Positions 12,090-26,149 of a DNA stretch of 64,000 nt are shown here, piece by piece. The DNA is from Sphyrna mokarran. Its lineage: Eukaryota. Both the position numbers and the translations under genes were made by a program. The notes under the pieces are model-generated. The model saw nothing but the letters and a program-made list of their open reading frames with translations. It ran no database searches and had not been told where the DNA came from. Within the stretch, counting starts at the first letter, position 1, and every line of letters starts with the position of its first letter. The stretch covers positions 19,778,001 through 19,842,000 of the forward strand of contig JAGIQG010000012.1 in the NCBI GenBank assembly GCA_024679065.1, read 5' to 3'.

Positions 12090-15000
12090 CGTTAAAATGA
12101 GGCTAAAGATTGCTTCCATTAATATAGGTAGTGTTAAGTGTACTGTGCAATGTGTTTTGACCTTGGGGAACTTTGCCAAGATCAAAGCTGATCTGCTATT
12201 TTTGCAGGAACGTGGGATACTGCACATCAGCATCAACACGGAATGGAGCATCAATGTGTTCAGAAGGAAATAGTTTCCATTTCTCCGATCCGGGCCTTTT
12301 AATGTGGAGCAAACAGCTTCATTGTCACTGAAGATAAAGAGGTGTTGGGCAGGTGCTTCCTTATAGATGTAGGCCACAATTTTCTGAGCCCATTTGCTGT
12401 GGATGCAAATTCCATTTTGGATACTAAATCTCATTAATTAAATAACGGAATTAGTGGCAGAAAGACCTCAGTTTGAGATCTCCCCTCCCAAACTCCTCCG
12501 CCGGTGGCACAATCAGCTTCAGACTCTCATGAGGCATGCATTTGATTACTATCAACTTAAATACATTTAAATATTCCTTAATGGCTTCATACCATTGCTT
12601 CTGGTGTCATCATATATTCCCCTATGCTGGCGGGATGCCAATGGGAATCACTGCTGGTTTCCAAAAACTGAAACCAGCCATGTTGACCATGCCGGGGTCT
12701 TGGAGTGAGTATAGCCCCCAAGTGTACCACAGGTGGGGTCAGGAATGGGGCAAGGGGTTGGGGAGCCTCATAGGGGATTTCATATTATGTGGGAGGTGGG
12801 GTTGGAGGGGGTGGTTACTGCATAGTGGTGGGTGGGGAGTATGTATGTCTGCATTGTGGCGGGGAGGTGGGGGATGTGTGCCTGCAATGAGGGGTTCAAA
12901 GGAACCCTTGATGCTGATGATGATGGGAGGTGAGAGGAGGATTATCCTGATGCATCTGTAGCGTGGGGTGAGGAGGGAAGAAGACCACCCTTACATTAAT
13001 TTAGTGTTTGGGATTGGGGTTGCCTCTTTGTGGTCAATGAGACGTTCCCTTTGTCTGCCAGGTGTTCAGATGTCAGTGTGTGTGGGGGTGGGGGTCTTTA
13101 ACTTTAATTTGAGATAGGACACCATTTAAAAATGACACTCCAATCTCTGTGGTGCCAGGTTTGCCCCTCAAGAAAGCTTAACATGTCCCCTACCTTTTTT
13201 TGACAAAGAACATGTCAGAAGATCTAGAAAGAAAATCTGGCTGCTTCCCTGGGAAAAAAAAACACTGGTTTTCAATTAGAACCTGACACTTTGCCATTTT
13301 TTCTGGAAAATTCCGCTTGTAATTATTTCTCCTCCAACAAATTAACTTCCCATTTGATATTCAGGTGGGAAGAAATCAAGCTGAACGTCAAGGGGTTCTT
13401 CATTCTCAGAGATGTTCAGAAGGTGAGAGAGAGAGAGAGACAGAGAAAATGTCCCAGTTCCAAAAAAGCATGCAAAATCTGCTCCTTCTGCAGATCATGA
13501 GGGCTAATGTTAAGGAAGACTTTTAAGAGCTGAAGGTCAGTTGTTCTTGATCTTAACTGCATGTGCCTCCAAGATCATCTTCCGCCCACAATTTTCTCTG
13601 TGGAGCAGGATGAAATCTGTTCACGTTTCCTATTTCCAAAAGGTACAGAGAGAGAAAACTCTGTAATCAGCAGCCTGAAGATGATGACAGCCTATCATAT
13701 GAAGGATAAGCAAATCGCCTGACAGTGGATTGTACAATGTGAAGTCCACAGACAGCAGGGTTTTCCCTTCCTTCCTGACCTCTACCACAGAGGTCATAGA
13801 TGACAACAAGCAGGAGAGTCAAGACGAATCTTTAATTCTGGACAAGCTGGCAAAGGCCGCCAGGTCCTTTGTTTATGAGTAAAACATCGAGAAGTGACAG
13901 TTTACCCGCTAGGTTGGTTTCAACTCTGTGGGGCTACATCAGCCCAGACCTGCTGGATGGGTATGAGAGTATGCTTTTGGCCAGCAGCACGTCAGAATCC
14001 ATGAGGAAAAGCATTATTACCCTCATCTACAAGTGGGAAAGGGAAGAAATTAAAAATTAGCAACACATCTCACAAAGAAGTACAAAGAACAAAGAAATGT
14101 ACAGTGCAGGAACAGACCTCTCAGCCCTCCAAGCTTGTGCCAATCATGATGGCCTAACTAAACTAAAGGAAAAACCTTCTGCCCTTACTTGGTCGATAAC
14201 ACTCTATTTCCTCCCTATTCATATATTTATCCAGATTTCTCTTAAATGTTGCTAATGTGTCTGCTTCCACTGTCTCCTCTGGTAGCACATTCCAAGCATC
14301 CACCACTCTCTGAGTGAAAAGCTCCCCATGCACATCTCCCTTAAACTTTCCCCTTCTCACCTTGAACCTGTGCCCCCTTGTAATTGACAGTTCCATCTTG
14401 GGAAAAAGCCTCTGACCATCCATCCTATCTGTATCTCTCATAATTTTGTAGACCTTTGTCCAGTCTACCCTCAGCCTGCATCTTTCCAGTGAAAACAATC
14501 CTAGTTTATTCAACCTCTCTTCATAGCCAACAACATTGAGACCAGGCAACATCCTTCTTTGCATTCTCTCCAAAGCTTCCACATCCTTCTTCTGTCAGTG
14601 TGGTGGCCAGAATTGCATGTAATACTCTAAATGTAGCCTAACCAAGGTTTCATGTAGCTGCAACATGATTTCTCAACTCTTGAACTCAATGCCCCAGCTG
14701 ATGAAGGCAAGCATGCCACGTGACTTTTTAATCTCTTTGGCCACCAGTGTTGCCACTTTTAGGGAACTGTGGACCTGCATGCCAGATCCCTCTGGATGCT
14801 GACGTTCCTAAAGGTTCTGCCATTTACAATATAATTCACATTTAAATGTCACACTCCAAAATGCATGACCTCACATTTATCCAAATTAAACTCCATTTGC
14901 CATTTCTGTGCCCAGCTGTTCAATCTATCTATATCCTGTTGTATCCTCTGACAATCCCTGCACTAGCAGCAACTTCACCAATCTTCAAGTCACTTTTGAA

Positions 15001-16020
15001 TGTGGACTGTAAAATTCTGACCATGGTCATCACCAACCGGATCAACTCTGCTCTGGATTCAATGATCCATCCTGATCAGTACTGCTCTGTACCTAGCAGA
15101 GAGATCTCTGATAAGTCTCACACTACTCTGAGATACAATTGCTTACATGCAGGACGCAGGGATGGACTCCTGACTCAGATTGGACCAGGATAGGTCCTTT
15201 ACAAAATATTGCACAACACATATGCATGTGTCTTCAAAACGGACTTTGAGGGGGGGATCTACTATTGAATCCAATTGATCTATGCAAACATCAGTAATGC
15301 AGTTTCAATTGGATAAGATTCAGAAAACTTTCCAATTAAATGTGGAATCAGGCAGGGCTGCCCTCTCTTTATCCTGTCCTGTTTGTGTGTTGTATAGAAT
15401 CCTTTGCTGAATCCATCAAGAAGAATGCAGGCGTCAGAGGAGCGACAATCCCGGAAAATGTAAGCACTCAAGTCAAATCCTGGCTGTAATTGGGCAGTAT
15501 CATCATCATCTGCTCCGACCTGCGCCAGTCCACAGACTAGTTGGACTGTGCCTCAGGTGCCAAAGTGAGTGATAGTAAGAGCAAGGCTATGTTCTTTGGG
15601 AACTCTATTGAATGATCCTTTGTCCCATTCACCATCAAGTCACATTACCTGAAGGTGCATTCGAGATTGTTCGGGAAGGACTGGTGAATATGCTAAAAAC
15701 TGGACAAGCATCTAGATAGGGTGAAGCAGAAACTGGGCATGTGAGAATGACCCTTCCATTCCACTGCATTTAAGAACCTGGTCATCAGGTGCAAGGTACC
15801 TTTGGTGTTGCTATACATGGCGTGGGTCAGACCCTTACCCTTCTTCTGCCACATAGTGGTCAAGCAAGAGATCTACCATTTTGTCTGGAGAGCAAAAATG
15901 GATATGCCCACAGGGAAATGATATAGAAATCTCTCAACAAGGAGCAGGAAGTAAAGCTCCCATTCTGATGGCCACCTTTGTGTGTGGCTAACTGATATTG
16001 TGCACAGACAATCAGTACAT
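12090..16020 (+). mobile_element. Decayed Tx1/L1-clade LINE ORF2 with nested insertions
   Basis: MRLKIASINIGSVK...ADLLFLQE (endonuclease start), SMRKSIITLIYK, SLLNVDCKILTMVITNRINSALDSMIHPDQYCSVPSREISD and GIRQGCPL (RT). Interrupted at about 12440-13320 and at 14074-14989. Confidence 0.85.
14074..14989 (-). mobile_element. CR1 LINE inserted in the Tx1 RT, with TCAC TSD
   Basis: ORF 14163..14582 is a CR1 ORF2 C-terminus. TCAC at 14070-14073 and 14990-14993 splits the host KN.R.ISLLNVD motif. Confidence 0.92.
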
Positions 16021-16027
16021 GAACACC

Positions 16028-16890
16028 GTGGCCCAATTTAACCATTGCGTCTGGGCACGAAAATGTAGTAAAGTTGGGTGTGAGGCCATTAACGCGATCT
16101 ACCCCTGCATCTGCGCAGATGGCCAATTTACTGAGGCCCGAAAATGGCCGCAATCTGATTCGCATCCCAAAGAGGCGCACGGTGATTTAAATGTATTTGC
16201 ATGCATTTAAGTTGAATTAAGGACCTGCCTGCCCAACTTTATCAGCGTTTCCCCTTTTACCACTACATTTGCCGATCTGAAATTGCACCGAAATGAAGCT
16301 GCTAATTAAAAGTCTGAAATGGGTGCTCCAGCTGCTGAAGAGATAAGTTGAGCAGTTCCACCAGCTCACTAACTCAGATCAGTGATGGAGGGGGTGGAGG
16401 TGGAGGGGGAATGCGGGGAGAGATGGTCAGATTGTTCTCTGATGGGGAGGGAATAGAGAGAGAGAGAGAAAGAGAGGAAGACCCAATCGTTATCCAGTTA
16501 AGGAGGTGTGGGGAATTGATGTTTGGTTCGGTGGGGAGAGGGAAGAGGGATGCCCAATCATTGTCTGGTTAGGGGGGAGAGGGCAGACCATTCCCTGGAG
16601 GAGTGGAGGGGGGAGAGGAGAGAGAATGAGGCCGGATCATTCTCTGTTGAGGTGGTAGGAAAGAAGGAGGAGGCGGATCAGATGTACGTCTGGAGGTGGG
16701 GGGAATGATGCAGATCATTCTCTGGGGAGGGGTATGGAAGAGTGAGGCCAGATCATTCTTGTGGGGTGGAGAGCAGGGGTGAGTGAGGTGGGTAAGATGT
16801 ATCTCTATTGGGTGGTGGGGGGGGAGAGGGAGGCCAGATGGATTTCTGGTTGGAATGATGTGAGGCGGTGGGGGGCGGGAGGGAATTATG
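16028..16890. mobile_element. Non-autonomous DNA-transposon-like element with purine-rich degenerate tandem repeats
   Basis: CpG-containing left end GGCCCAATTTAACC, then repeated GATCATTCTCTG(G-rich) units at about 16370-16850. Confidence 0.5.
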
Positions 16891-16911
16891 TCACTTCTAC
16901 ACTGGAATGGC

Positions 16912-17210
16912 ATGAAGACACAATGGTTAGTACTGCTGCCTCAGTGCCAGGAACCCAGGATCGATTCCTACCTTGGGTCATTGTCTGTGTGGAATCTGCA
17001 CATTCTCCCTGTGCTTGCGTGGGATTGCTCCAGGTGCTCTGATTTCCTCCCACAGTCCAAAGGACTTGCTGGTTAGGTGGATTAGCCATGCTAAATTCTC
17101 CCTCAGTGCACCTAAACATGCACCCAGAGTGCGATGACTAAGGAATTTTCACAGTGACTTCACTGCAGAGTTAATGTAAGCGTACTTGTGACACTAATAA
17201 ATAAAATTAA
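16912..17210 (+). mobile_element. V-SINE (Rex-like tail family)
   Basis: Homologous along its length to 10563-10845. Confidence 0.85.
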
Positions 17211-17699
17211 AACTTTGGCTTGGATAGAGGGCATATATTCCACTGTCTGGGTTCCTAAGAATGTTAGTGTTCCAGCCAGTAAGAATTTGAAAGAAATGGT
17301 GCAATATCCTTTGTCCCAGCATTGACTGAGCTCCATTTGGATTATGAAAGGGAGATGCCCTTTGTATAACTTTCTTTGAATTTGGTCTACAGGGACCGTA
17401 GTGTCTTTTGAAAGATAATAACGCATAAGTCTGCATAATACTGTACTGATTGTCACATCCAGACAAAGCTATGCATTTAAAAATTGTCTAGTTTTTTAAT
17501 TTTAATTAGCCATGATGTTGCCAAACTATTTCTTTGATTTTATATATATATATAAAACGCACACACAATATATGAAGTCTTACTCCTGTTACAGTCCTTG
17601 CAACCTTCAAGAAAAAAGTGAATTCTATGTCATTTTTATTTATTTATTCATTTTTATTCTTCTATCCATAGCAGGTAGCACTACAGTGCTGTAGCCTAG

Positions 17700-19250
17700 T
17701 GGGTTGTTATGGATTATTTTAACTGCAGGAGCCTCCTGTCAGGTCTGCTTCAAGCTGGGTAAGTATTGGGTCTAATCTGGTTGGAATCTCCCTGGTGGTC
17801 ACTTGGGTGATAGATTCTGTATCCTTTGGAACACTATTGCCCTCTGGTGGGTGGTCAGCTCTCACTTCATCTTCTGGTGTTTTTTCAGCTCAGTGAGGCA
17901 TAACCCTCACACTTTCTGGGCCAATTTGTGAACTTTCCTGATCCCCATTTAACATTCCATAAGCTTTCAGCCAGGCCATTCAATAGCTTCATAGCAGGGG
18001 CTTTTGGCTTTGGAAGGGACATTCTCCTAACTTGTTCCATGTCCCTTGGAACACCACTGCCCTCAAGTGGCGGTGCAGCTCCAGCTCCACTCCCTTGGAG
18101 CTTTTCAATTGAGGGAGCATCTCACTTTCATCTGTCTAGGGACTTATTTTGTGTCTATTTAAAGTCAGAAAGAAAGTTTCTGCCAGCCAGACCTCAGGCG
18201 AATCCCTAACTTTTTCCTTTCCTGCTTTAATAATCAGCCTTCCCTCAAGCACTTCAGTTATGTGAGGCATCTCTCTCAGTATCTCTTTCCCTATTCTGGG
18301 ACCTTTCTGTTTCTACTTAATTCTGGGATACTCTGTGAATCCATTTTAAATTTAGATGACCTTTCCTGGACCTATTTTAACTTTGCTGCCTCGGCTTTGA
18401 CCTAGCTGCATCAGTACAACCCTCACTCAATGTTTATGCTGCTATTTCACCTCTTTGGGCCTGTGGACTCGTCCTAGCTTTCTGCCCACCTGCAGATTTC
18501 TGCTGACTGGTGTTGGCCTCTTTTTTTTTCACCGGCAAACACCTTTCTGCTGGGTAATTGTTCCTGAGGGGGAATTTAATTCCTGCTACTGGAGTTCAAG
18601 GGTAATTCCTATTATAACCCTGAAACAAGGTCACTCTCTAGGTGGCCCTTGTAGAGGATTGCAAACACAGATCTCCCTCCTATTTCACTGATCGGTGCTT
18701 TGTCCTTCAGGGAAGACTTAGGATTCAGGTGTGGGGTAGGTTTAAGTTTCCCTACAACATTAAGGAATGAATGGAGCAGTAGAATGGACTTGCTTACCTT
18801 TATGGGACGTGTAGGGGGCCACTGTTGTGAAAGGACAAAACTCTGGAAGGTCTCTGGGAAATCTATCTGGCTCAGACACTCACAGTGCCAGGCTCGTCAA
18901 GGGGTAAGTTTCTGTAGCTAGTGTGTCTGTCTGCTCTGCTGTGCTACCTATTGTGGCATCTATTCATATGGAACCCTTCAAGTTTCCTTCGCAAATTCCA
19001 GCACTCCGGAATGATTTTACTGCAATGGGAGAGCTTCTCACACCTTCCCTTTTCTTCTCTGGTTGGGAGGGCTATTTCACTGTTCAAATATCCTCATTTG
19101 ACTCACATTTGGACATCAAAATATGCCATTTTCTTACTGTTAGAGGGAAGGAATTTGCTCTGGTAAGTTACTTGTGTTTTAAACATTGCTCCAATCATCA
19201 TGTTTTCCTCTTTTATCAGAGGTGGTTTGTCACTTAACTTGGACATTGAT
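17700..19250 (-). mobile_element. Possible decayed Gypsy gag/protease remnant
   Basis: Minus strand gives a degenerate knuckle-like CEKLSHCSKIIPECWNLRRK and a protease-like RVIIGIT segment. Heavily eroded. Confidence 0.4.
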
Positions 19251-20634
19251 TAAAATCCTGGATTGGAATCATAGAATCATTATAGTGCAGAACGCCCATC
19301 GAGCCTGCACTGACCATAATCCCATCCAACCTCCATCCCCATAGCCCCATGTATTCACGCTGTTAGACCTCCTTACACTTTGGGGCAATTTACCATGGTC
19401 AATCAACATAACCCACACACCCTTGGACTTGAGCTCCCAATTTCCGTCATGGACAGAAGGAATTTAATTTTAAGAATCCTGATTTCTCCTCTCTTCAGTA
19501 CAAAGGTGTTTTTGATCCACTTTATAAACAGTGGCGTATTTCCCTTGGTTTCAATGTGATCCATTTTCTGGTAAAAACGTCCCAGCCAACTCAAGATAGA
19601 CTGAACTCAGAAATTTAGTTTATTTGCATACAACCAAATGTGGGAGCAATATTGCTTCCTTTTCGCTGATACAAGTAAAAGAGGGGAGATACAGAAAAAA
19701 TGATTTACAGGCAAAGACTAAAGAATGATTGTTTCACATGAGTTCAGAGCACAGAAATTAAAGTCCAATGGTGTATTCCTTTACATAGATTGGCAGACTG
19801 AAAACTTAAGCTGGATAATTCACTTTTCCAATAGAATGACCTCCACAGTGACACAGACACACAAAGATGTCTTGTGCACGATGGTATAGAAATTCAGAAG
19901 TTCCAGTAGAAACAGTATAGATGGGGGCCAGGCATTTGAACTACTATTCGGTAGATGGAAAATGGCAGACTGATTTTCAGTGTAACAAGACCACATAACT
20001 AGTTCTTCCAGGTAGGGGATCATGTCATGTGACTCCCAGGTCTCACTTTCGCTTTGACAAAAGGTGTATATTTCTGTGGGTTCTTGAGATTTTAAAAATT
20101 AATTTATGGGATGCTAGGCCAGCATTTATTGCCCATCCTCAACTGCCCTTGAGCAGGTAATGGTGAGCTGCCTTCTTGAACTGCTGTAGTTGCTGTGGTG
20201 TGGGTACACCCACAATGCTATTAGAGAGAATTTGGATTCAGCGACCATGCAAACAGCAGTCAGGATGGTGAGTGACTTGGAGGGGAACTTCCAGCATAGC
20301 AGTGTTAATATTAATGTTAATGTTCTAAACATTCAGAATTTGAAAGGATTGTTTTTTGCCCCAGCAGACAATTCAACTCCAGTTTTCCAGGCATAGCTTT
20401 TGTGCAATTCCCTCTGAATGTACTCTTCACACTTTAAGGGGTTATTAGCATCTTTTCCAAGATATGAGATGCAAGACAATGATACTGCCTGATAGTTCTT
20501 TTGTATCAGGTCGCAGTTATTTTAAAAATTTATTGAGCAGTTATTACATTTTAGGAATTAACTATGATGAAGATATATGTTGTATAATATGAGCTCTTAG
20601 CCCCTCTTATTGGCCTTCGATGCAAAGAGTTATC

Positions 20635-20960
20635 CATAAAATAATGAAAGGGATAGATAGTCAATATCTTTTCCCAAAGGTAGGGGAGTCTAAAACTAGA
20701 GGGCACAGGTGAAAGGGGACAAATACAAAATAATCCAGACGGGCAATTTTTTCACACAGTTAGTGGTGAGTGTCTAGAACAACCTGCCAGAGGTAGTAGT
20801 AGAGGCTGGTAAAATGTTGTCTTTTAACAAACGTTTAGACAGTTACTTGGGTAAGATAGGTATAGAGAGATATGGGCCAAATGTAGGGGTTTAAAAAAAA
20901 AGGGGTGGCATGGACAAGTTGAACCAAAGACCTGTTTCCATGCTGTAAACCTCTATAGCT
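20635..20960 (+). mobile_element. CR1 LINE 3' fragment
   Basis: KIMKGID...LFPKVGESKTRGH...FFTQ.VV segments plus a tail. Confidence 0.85.
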
Positions 20961-21352
20961 GAACATTACAGACTGATTCATCCCAAGGTTCCAGGACTGT
21001 ATGCTGAGACACACATTTAGGTTTGGGACATTGGCAATAAAGACACAATGGGGAAAGGCCAGTATCTAAGCGTTTTAGTCTTAGTGTACTTAGGGTCTGT
21101 GAACTGTGAAAAATCCCTCACAATGTTGGACCTGTAATGAACATGGCAAATATTGACCGTGATAGTAAGTGGTATGAATAACATACAGTTGTGGATGAAA
21201 CTGATTAGTGTTGCACTTTATGTAATGTTAGATTTGAATGGTCACTCTTATAAATGTCATGAATAAAGCATAGTTTTGGGGGAAAAAAATGGCCCACCAC
21301 TACCTGAGTAATGGAGGAACCCAAAGGCCATTCCAACTCTGAAAATAACTAA

Positions 21353-22340
21353 TGGCCACGATTCTCCCATTGCAAGTTTTCTGTTGGGTCACAGTAGGAG
21401 ACACGTGTCTGTGGCCTTGAACAGGGATTTGCATATGTGCCGGGAATGCAGGCACATCTCCCCGAGTCAGTGAACAGTCACCGGTCAGACCATGCTGGAA
21501 ATCTGGAGGAAGGCAGGTAAGATATTTAAATCCGTTTTTAATCTGTTTCGTATATGCATATCAGGTAATTATTGGGATCTTTCAGATCCTGATCAAATGT
21601 CCCACCCTGCCAGGAATGCTTCATTCCAGCAGGATTCAGAGTTGCTCCCCATGTTTGAGGAACTAATGGGAGACCCCGCCAGAATGAAAGGGGAGCAATC
21701 GGGGCCCCCCCAAGGGAGCTGAGCAGTGGGGGTTTGGTGCCTCCTGGGCATGGGCACACTGACAGTGGCAGCCTTTGTCCCTTGGCACTGCCCAAGAGGC
21801 AAGGTGCCCATGCCCAGGGGGCAGTGGCCCATCGGGGAGAGCCAAGGGGGTGAGGCCTATTGTGGGCAGGACCTAGATGCAATCAGTAGGGTGGGGAGGA
21901 AGGGCGGGGGGCGGGGTGGTGATCGGTCTGAGAGGGTGAAAATGCAGCAATTGGGACAGGCTTTGGGGGGAGGGTGGTCTGCCAGGGCAAGGGAGTGTGC
22001 CTGCCTCTTTGTGGTCTGCTGGGGTGAGAGGTGGGGGGGAATGGAGCCTGGACATTGGGGTGCTCCGGGACGGGAGGGGGGGTGAGGGTTGGCCTGGGAG
22101 TTGTTGTGGGGCTATGACTAGGCATGTTGAGGAAGGGAGGCTGGGGAGGGGAGCACTGTGGAGGTTCCAGCTGGCCGGCAATCGAGCTGGCTAGCAAATG
22201 GGAGGTTGACAGTTTGGGGCCACTGTGCATGCACAGAGCTCCAGAACTGTTAAACTCCAGCGCAAATAGGCCCTGCCCCTCTGAGTTTTTAATGAAATTC
22301 CTGATGGGCATCTCTTTGGTGAACAGAGTGTGGAGATTCT
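21353..22340. mobile_element. About 1-kb non-autonomous DNA transposon (Harbinger-type terminus), G-rich interior
   Basis: Left end GGCCACGATTCTCCC resembles the MITE TIR family. The interior GGCACTGCC motifs are also seen at about 2400-2640. Confidence 0.55.
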
Positions 22341-22710
22341 TTTGATTTGATTTGATTTATTATTATCACATGTATTAACATACAGTGAAAAGTATTGTTT
22401 CTTGCGCGCTATATAGACAAAATACGCTGTTCATAGAGAAAGAAACAAGAGAGTGCAGAATGTGGTGTTACAGTCATAGCTACAATAAAGACAAGGATCA
22501 ATTTAATGCAAGTTAAGCCCAGTCAAAAGTCTGATAGCAGAAGGGAAGAACCTGTTCTTGAGTCAGTTGGTATGTGAGCTCAAAGTTTTGTATCTTTTTC
22601 TGGAGGAAGAAGGTAGAAGAGAGAATATTTGGGGTGCGTGGGGTCCTTAATTATGCTGGCTGCTTTTCCAAGGTAGAGGGAAGTATAGACAGAGTCAATG
22701 GATGGAGGCT
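22340..22710 (-). mobile_element. Rex/Babar-like LINE 3' end
   Basis: Highly similar to 63148-63480, with a (TCAAA)n tail. Confidence 0.85.
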
Positions 22711-23261
22711 GGTCCAGTTTTGAAGCTGAACCACAGTGCACTGGGAGACCTCCTCCGTCCTCCCATGGACATCATGAAACCCCCCCTTCCCCCATTGTTT
22801 CCCCACTCCCTCCCTGACACAAATTGCCGGCATCAGGACACTAATAATTGGTCTCCCTTCATGACCCCCAACGTGTCCCCCTTTATGCCCCACATCTTCC
22901 ACTGTTTCAGGTGAGGAGCTGAACTGACAGAACACTCGGAACTTAGAACAGTTTTCTCGGCAATTCAGCACTTTTGGGAGAAACCCAGTCAATATTTTTG
23001 ATTGCTAATAGCATAATGCAGAAGGATACTTTTCGTGGACAGAATACAAACAGAACTTGCAATACCTATAATACACACCAAGTGTCACCCTAACTATCTC
23101 TTTTCATCAACAATCTGTGGTATAAAATGCATGACTTTGAAAGAAGGATGCAAATCATCAACAGAAAAACATGGAAATGTTTGTGACTTCTTGAATTTGC
23201 TTTCAGAAAGCTAAAAGCATATATTTGCCAAAAGCTTTGTCTAACGAAAAGCCTTAGTCAT

Positions 23262-24112
23262 GGGGGTGATTTTTCCAGTCTCACCGTGCCTGGTACAGAT
23301 CACTCTAATCCCAGAAAGTTGTGTGCAGGCCTAAAAACAGGTTTAGTGCTCAGCACCAAATGGTTTGCAATCATCCCATCCATTGTTACTGGCACAAACC
23401 AATGAAGAGCACAAAGCTGATTAGCATGTATAAAGCAGCATTTAAACATGCTTCGTCTGTTCAACGCCAGGTGCTCCAAGCCCCCAGAACTTTCCAACCC
23501 TCAGGCATGACCCGAGCCTGGAAAGAATTGCTTCTGGTCTCCAGTAGCAGAGACTATCTGTGATGGCCACTGCCAGTGTGCAAGAGGCAGTGCCAAAGGG
23601 ATGAAGGCTGAGCAGGAGTACGGCCTAAGTGGGGGTGGAGCATGACAGGGACTATGACTGGCGGGGGGGGGAGGTTTACAGATGAGGTTGTGACGGGGCA
23701 GATCATAAAAGGGATCATGAAGGAGTGGGGCATGAAGGGAGACATGTCGGGGTTCATGAAGAGAGACACGTTAGGAGTGCCCCGATGCCAGCGATTCGTG
23801 TCAGGAGGGGGTGGGGGAACATGCCACTAATGTGGAGATGGGTTGTCCCAATGTCTACAGGAGGATGGAAAAAGTCTCCTAGTGCACTGCGAGGATTGGG
23901 CTGCCCTTTCAAAATGGCGCCTGATCAGTTTGCAGCTGGGGTCACCAGCGTGTTTAGAAACCCCCCCACCACCCCCCAAACACTAGTACACAACTGAACA
24001 CTCTCATAAAAAGTGACAAAGTGTGGGATGATTATGGTCTGGTCATCAAGGGCAGACAGACAGACATGGATCGTTCCGGGTTCTCTCATTATTATGAGAC
24101 AAAATTCCAGCC
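23262..24112. mobile_element. About 850-bp non-autonomous TIR element
   Basis: Ends GGGTGATTTTTCCAGTCTCA ... TGAGACAAAATTCCAGCC. A partial inverted copy lies at about 22730-22990. Confidence 0.6.
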
Positions 24113-24859
24113 AATTATATTAGCTTGCCTCATGTGATAACAGATTCTTCCCTTTGTTTTTAGGGCAAAACAAACACTTTTCCCTCCAAGTCAGAAGTCT
24201 ATGAGTTCAAACCATTCTCTGTTAGGATCTAAGGACTTATTCTACAGTGAAACTTCTGTGCAATACAATGCATCTTCAAATCCTACCATAATATTTTGAG
24301 AATTAAATTCAATTTTTAAAATCTGGCGATAAAGAAAGCTGATATCAACTTGAAGTTGTGCGACTGTCATCTGGTCAAATATACAAGGTAAATCCTATTA
24401 TTACAGAATGGAACGGGGCTCAGGTCATTCCGTAAAAAATAATTTTCTTTAAAACTGGTGGGAGGGATTATTATCCTCCTCTGCGGCGTGTCCCGTGGCA
24501 GTAGGAGATGGCATATCGCTGGCTGGCAGCGAGCAAGACCTTATAGTCCTCTGTTGTCATTAAACCACAGGAAAACCTGCGGCAGGGAAGCACCACTGGT
24601 AGGACTGTAAGATCTCACTGGTATAAAGTGCAGCAAACTTCCCCCCATGAATCAGTACCCTGGATGGATCAGCAGCCCCCAGCCTCTTGGTATATGGTCC
24701 TTGCAAACTGCTACTCTTTCACAAACTCACTTTCCATTCCAAAGTCTACATCATGTTGTTGCCTCCCAAATCCATGCTCATCTTTTCTGCAACTCCATGT
24801 TTTGTTCCTTTAAATAATGTTTCCAACTCTGTGACAGTACCTAAAACACTCTTACCAAA

Positions 24860-25985
24860 GTCACAAATGACAACATATGTGACTGCTAACTGTGTCAAAA
24901 GTAAATTCTTCCTCCTTGTCCGTCTTAATCTATTAGTGGTTTTTCACATGTTTGACCACACTCTCCTACTCTAACGTCTCTCCAATGTCTGGCTGGTGGG
25001 ACCTGGTTCCATTCTTATCAACTAATTGTATCCAGAATATCCCCTACAATAACTACTCTTCATACTCCTACACTGTTATCTGTGGTGTTCCCCAAGGACC
25101 TATTCTTGACCTCCTTCCTATCTATATGCTGCCTCTTGACATCATCATCCAAAAACACAGCATCAATTTCCAAATGCATGCTGTGACACCCAGCTCTATC
25201 TCACAATCACTCTCTCTACCTTGTTTGTCCATAATCCAGGACTAAATGAGGAAACATTCCCTCCAACTAAATATTGGGACAACCAAAGCCCATTGTCTTC
25301 AATACCAATCACAAACTCTGTACCTTGGCAATTATCAGAAGCTGAACCAGACTGTCTACAATCTTGATATTGTATTTGACTCCAACTACACATCCATACT
25401 AGCACAAAGATCACCCATTTCCAATCAATAAAATTACATGTCACTGTCCTATCTCAGCATATCTTCTCTTAAAACTCTAATTATGTTTTTATTACACACT
25501 CCTGGCTCGCATCCCATTTTCTACTCTGAAAACTGCAGGTCTTCCCAAACACTACTGTTCTATCTCGCACAAAGTCCCATTCACCCATCGCCACTTTGCT
25601 TGCTAACCTACATTGGCTCTCAGGAAAGAGATATGCCAATTTTAAAAATTTACATCCCTGTTTTCACATCTCTCCATGGTCTTGTTCCTCCAATCTAGCA
25701 AATCTCCTGCAGCTCCACAACCCTACAATGCATTGGTCCTCCTAGTCTCTTTGTCATGCCTGAATTAAATCCTTCCACCATTGGTGGCCTTGCTTTTAGT
25801 TTTTTAGGCTCTAAGCTCTCTGGAAGTCTCTTTGCTTCTCTACTGCTTTCCTCCTTTAAGATGCTCTTTAAAACCTACTTCTTTCGTCAAGCTTTTAGTC
25901 AGCTGTTGTGATACTTCTTTCCTTGCATGGCTTTGTGTCAAATATTGTTTTATAATGCTTCTATGAAGAAGCCAGAGACATTTCT
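24860..25985 (+). mobile_element. L2-clade LINE 3' portion
   Basis: CGVPQGPIL..LPIYMLPLDIIIQKHSINFQMHA, LQLNIGTTKA, and the typical 3' FKMLFKTYFF segment. Confidence 0.85.
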
Positions 25986-26149
25986 TTATTGATAAGTGGT
26001 ATATGAATATAAGTTATGCTTTTTCAGGGTTGCACAGCCTTTCCAAAGTGCATTATAGGAATTTAAGTATGTCTTGAAATTCAATCCTGTGTAATGTAGG
26101 AAAGTGTGGCTGCCAATTTTGTACATGGTTAGCTGAGGGATTAAAAAAA

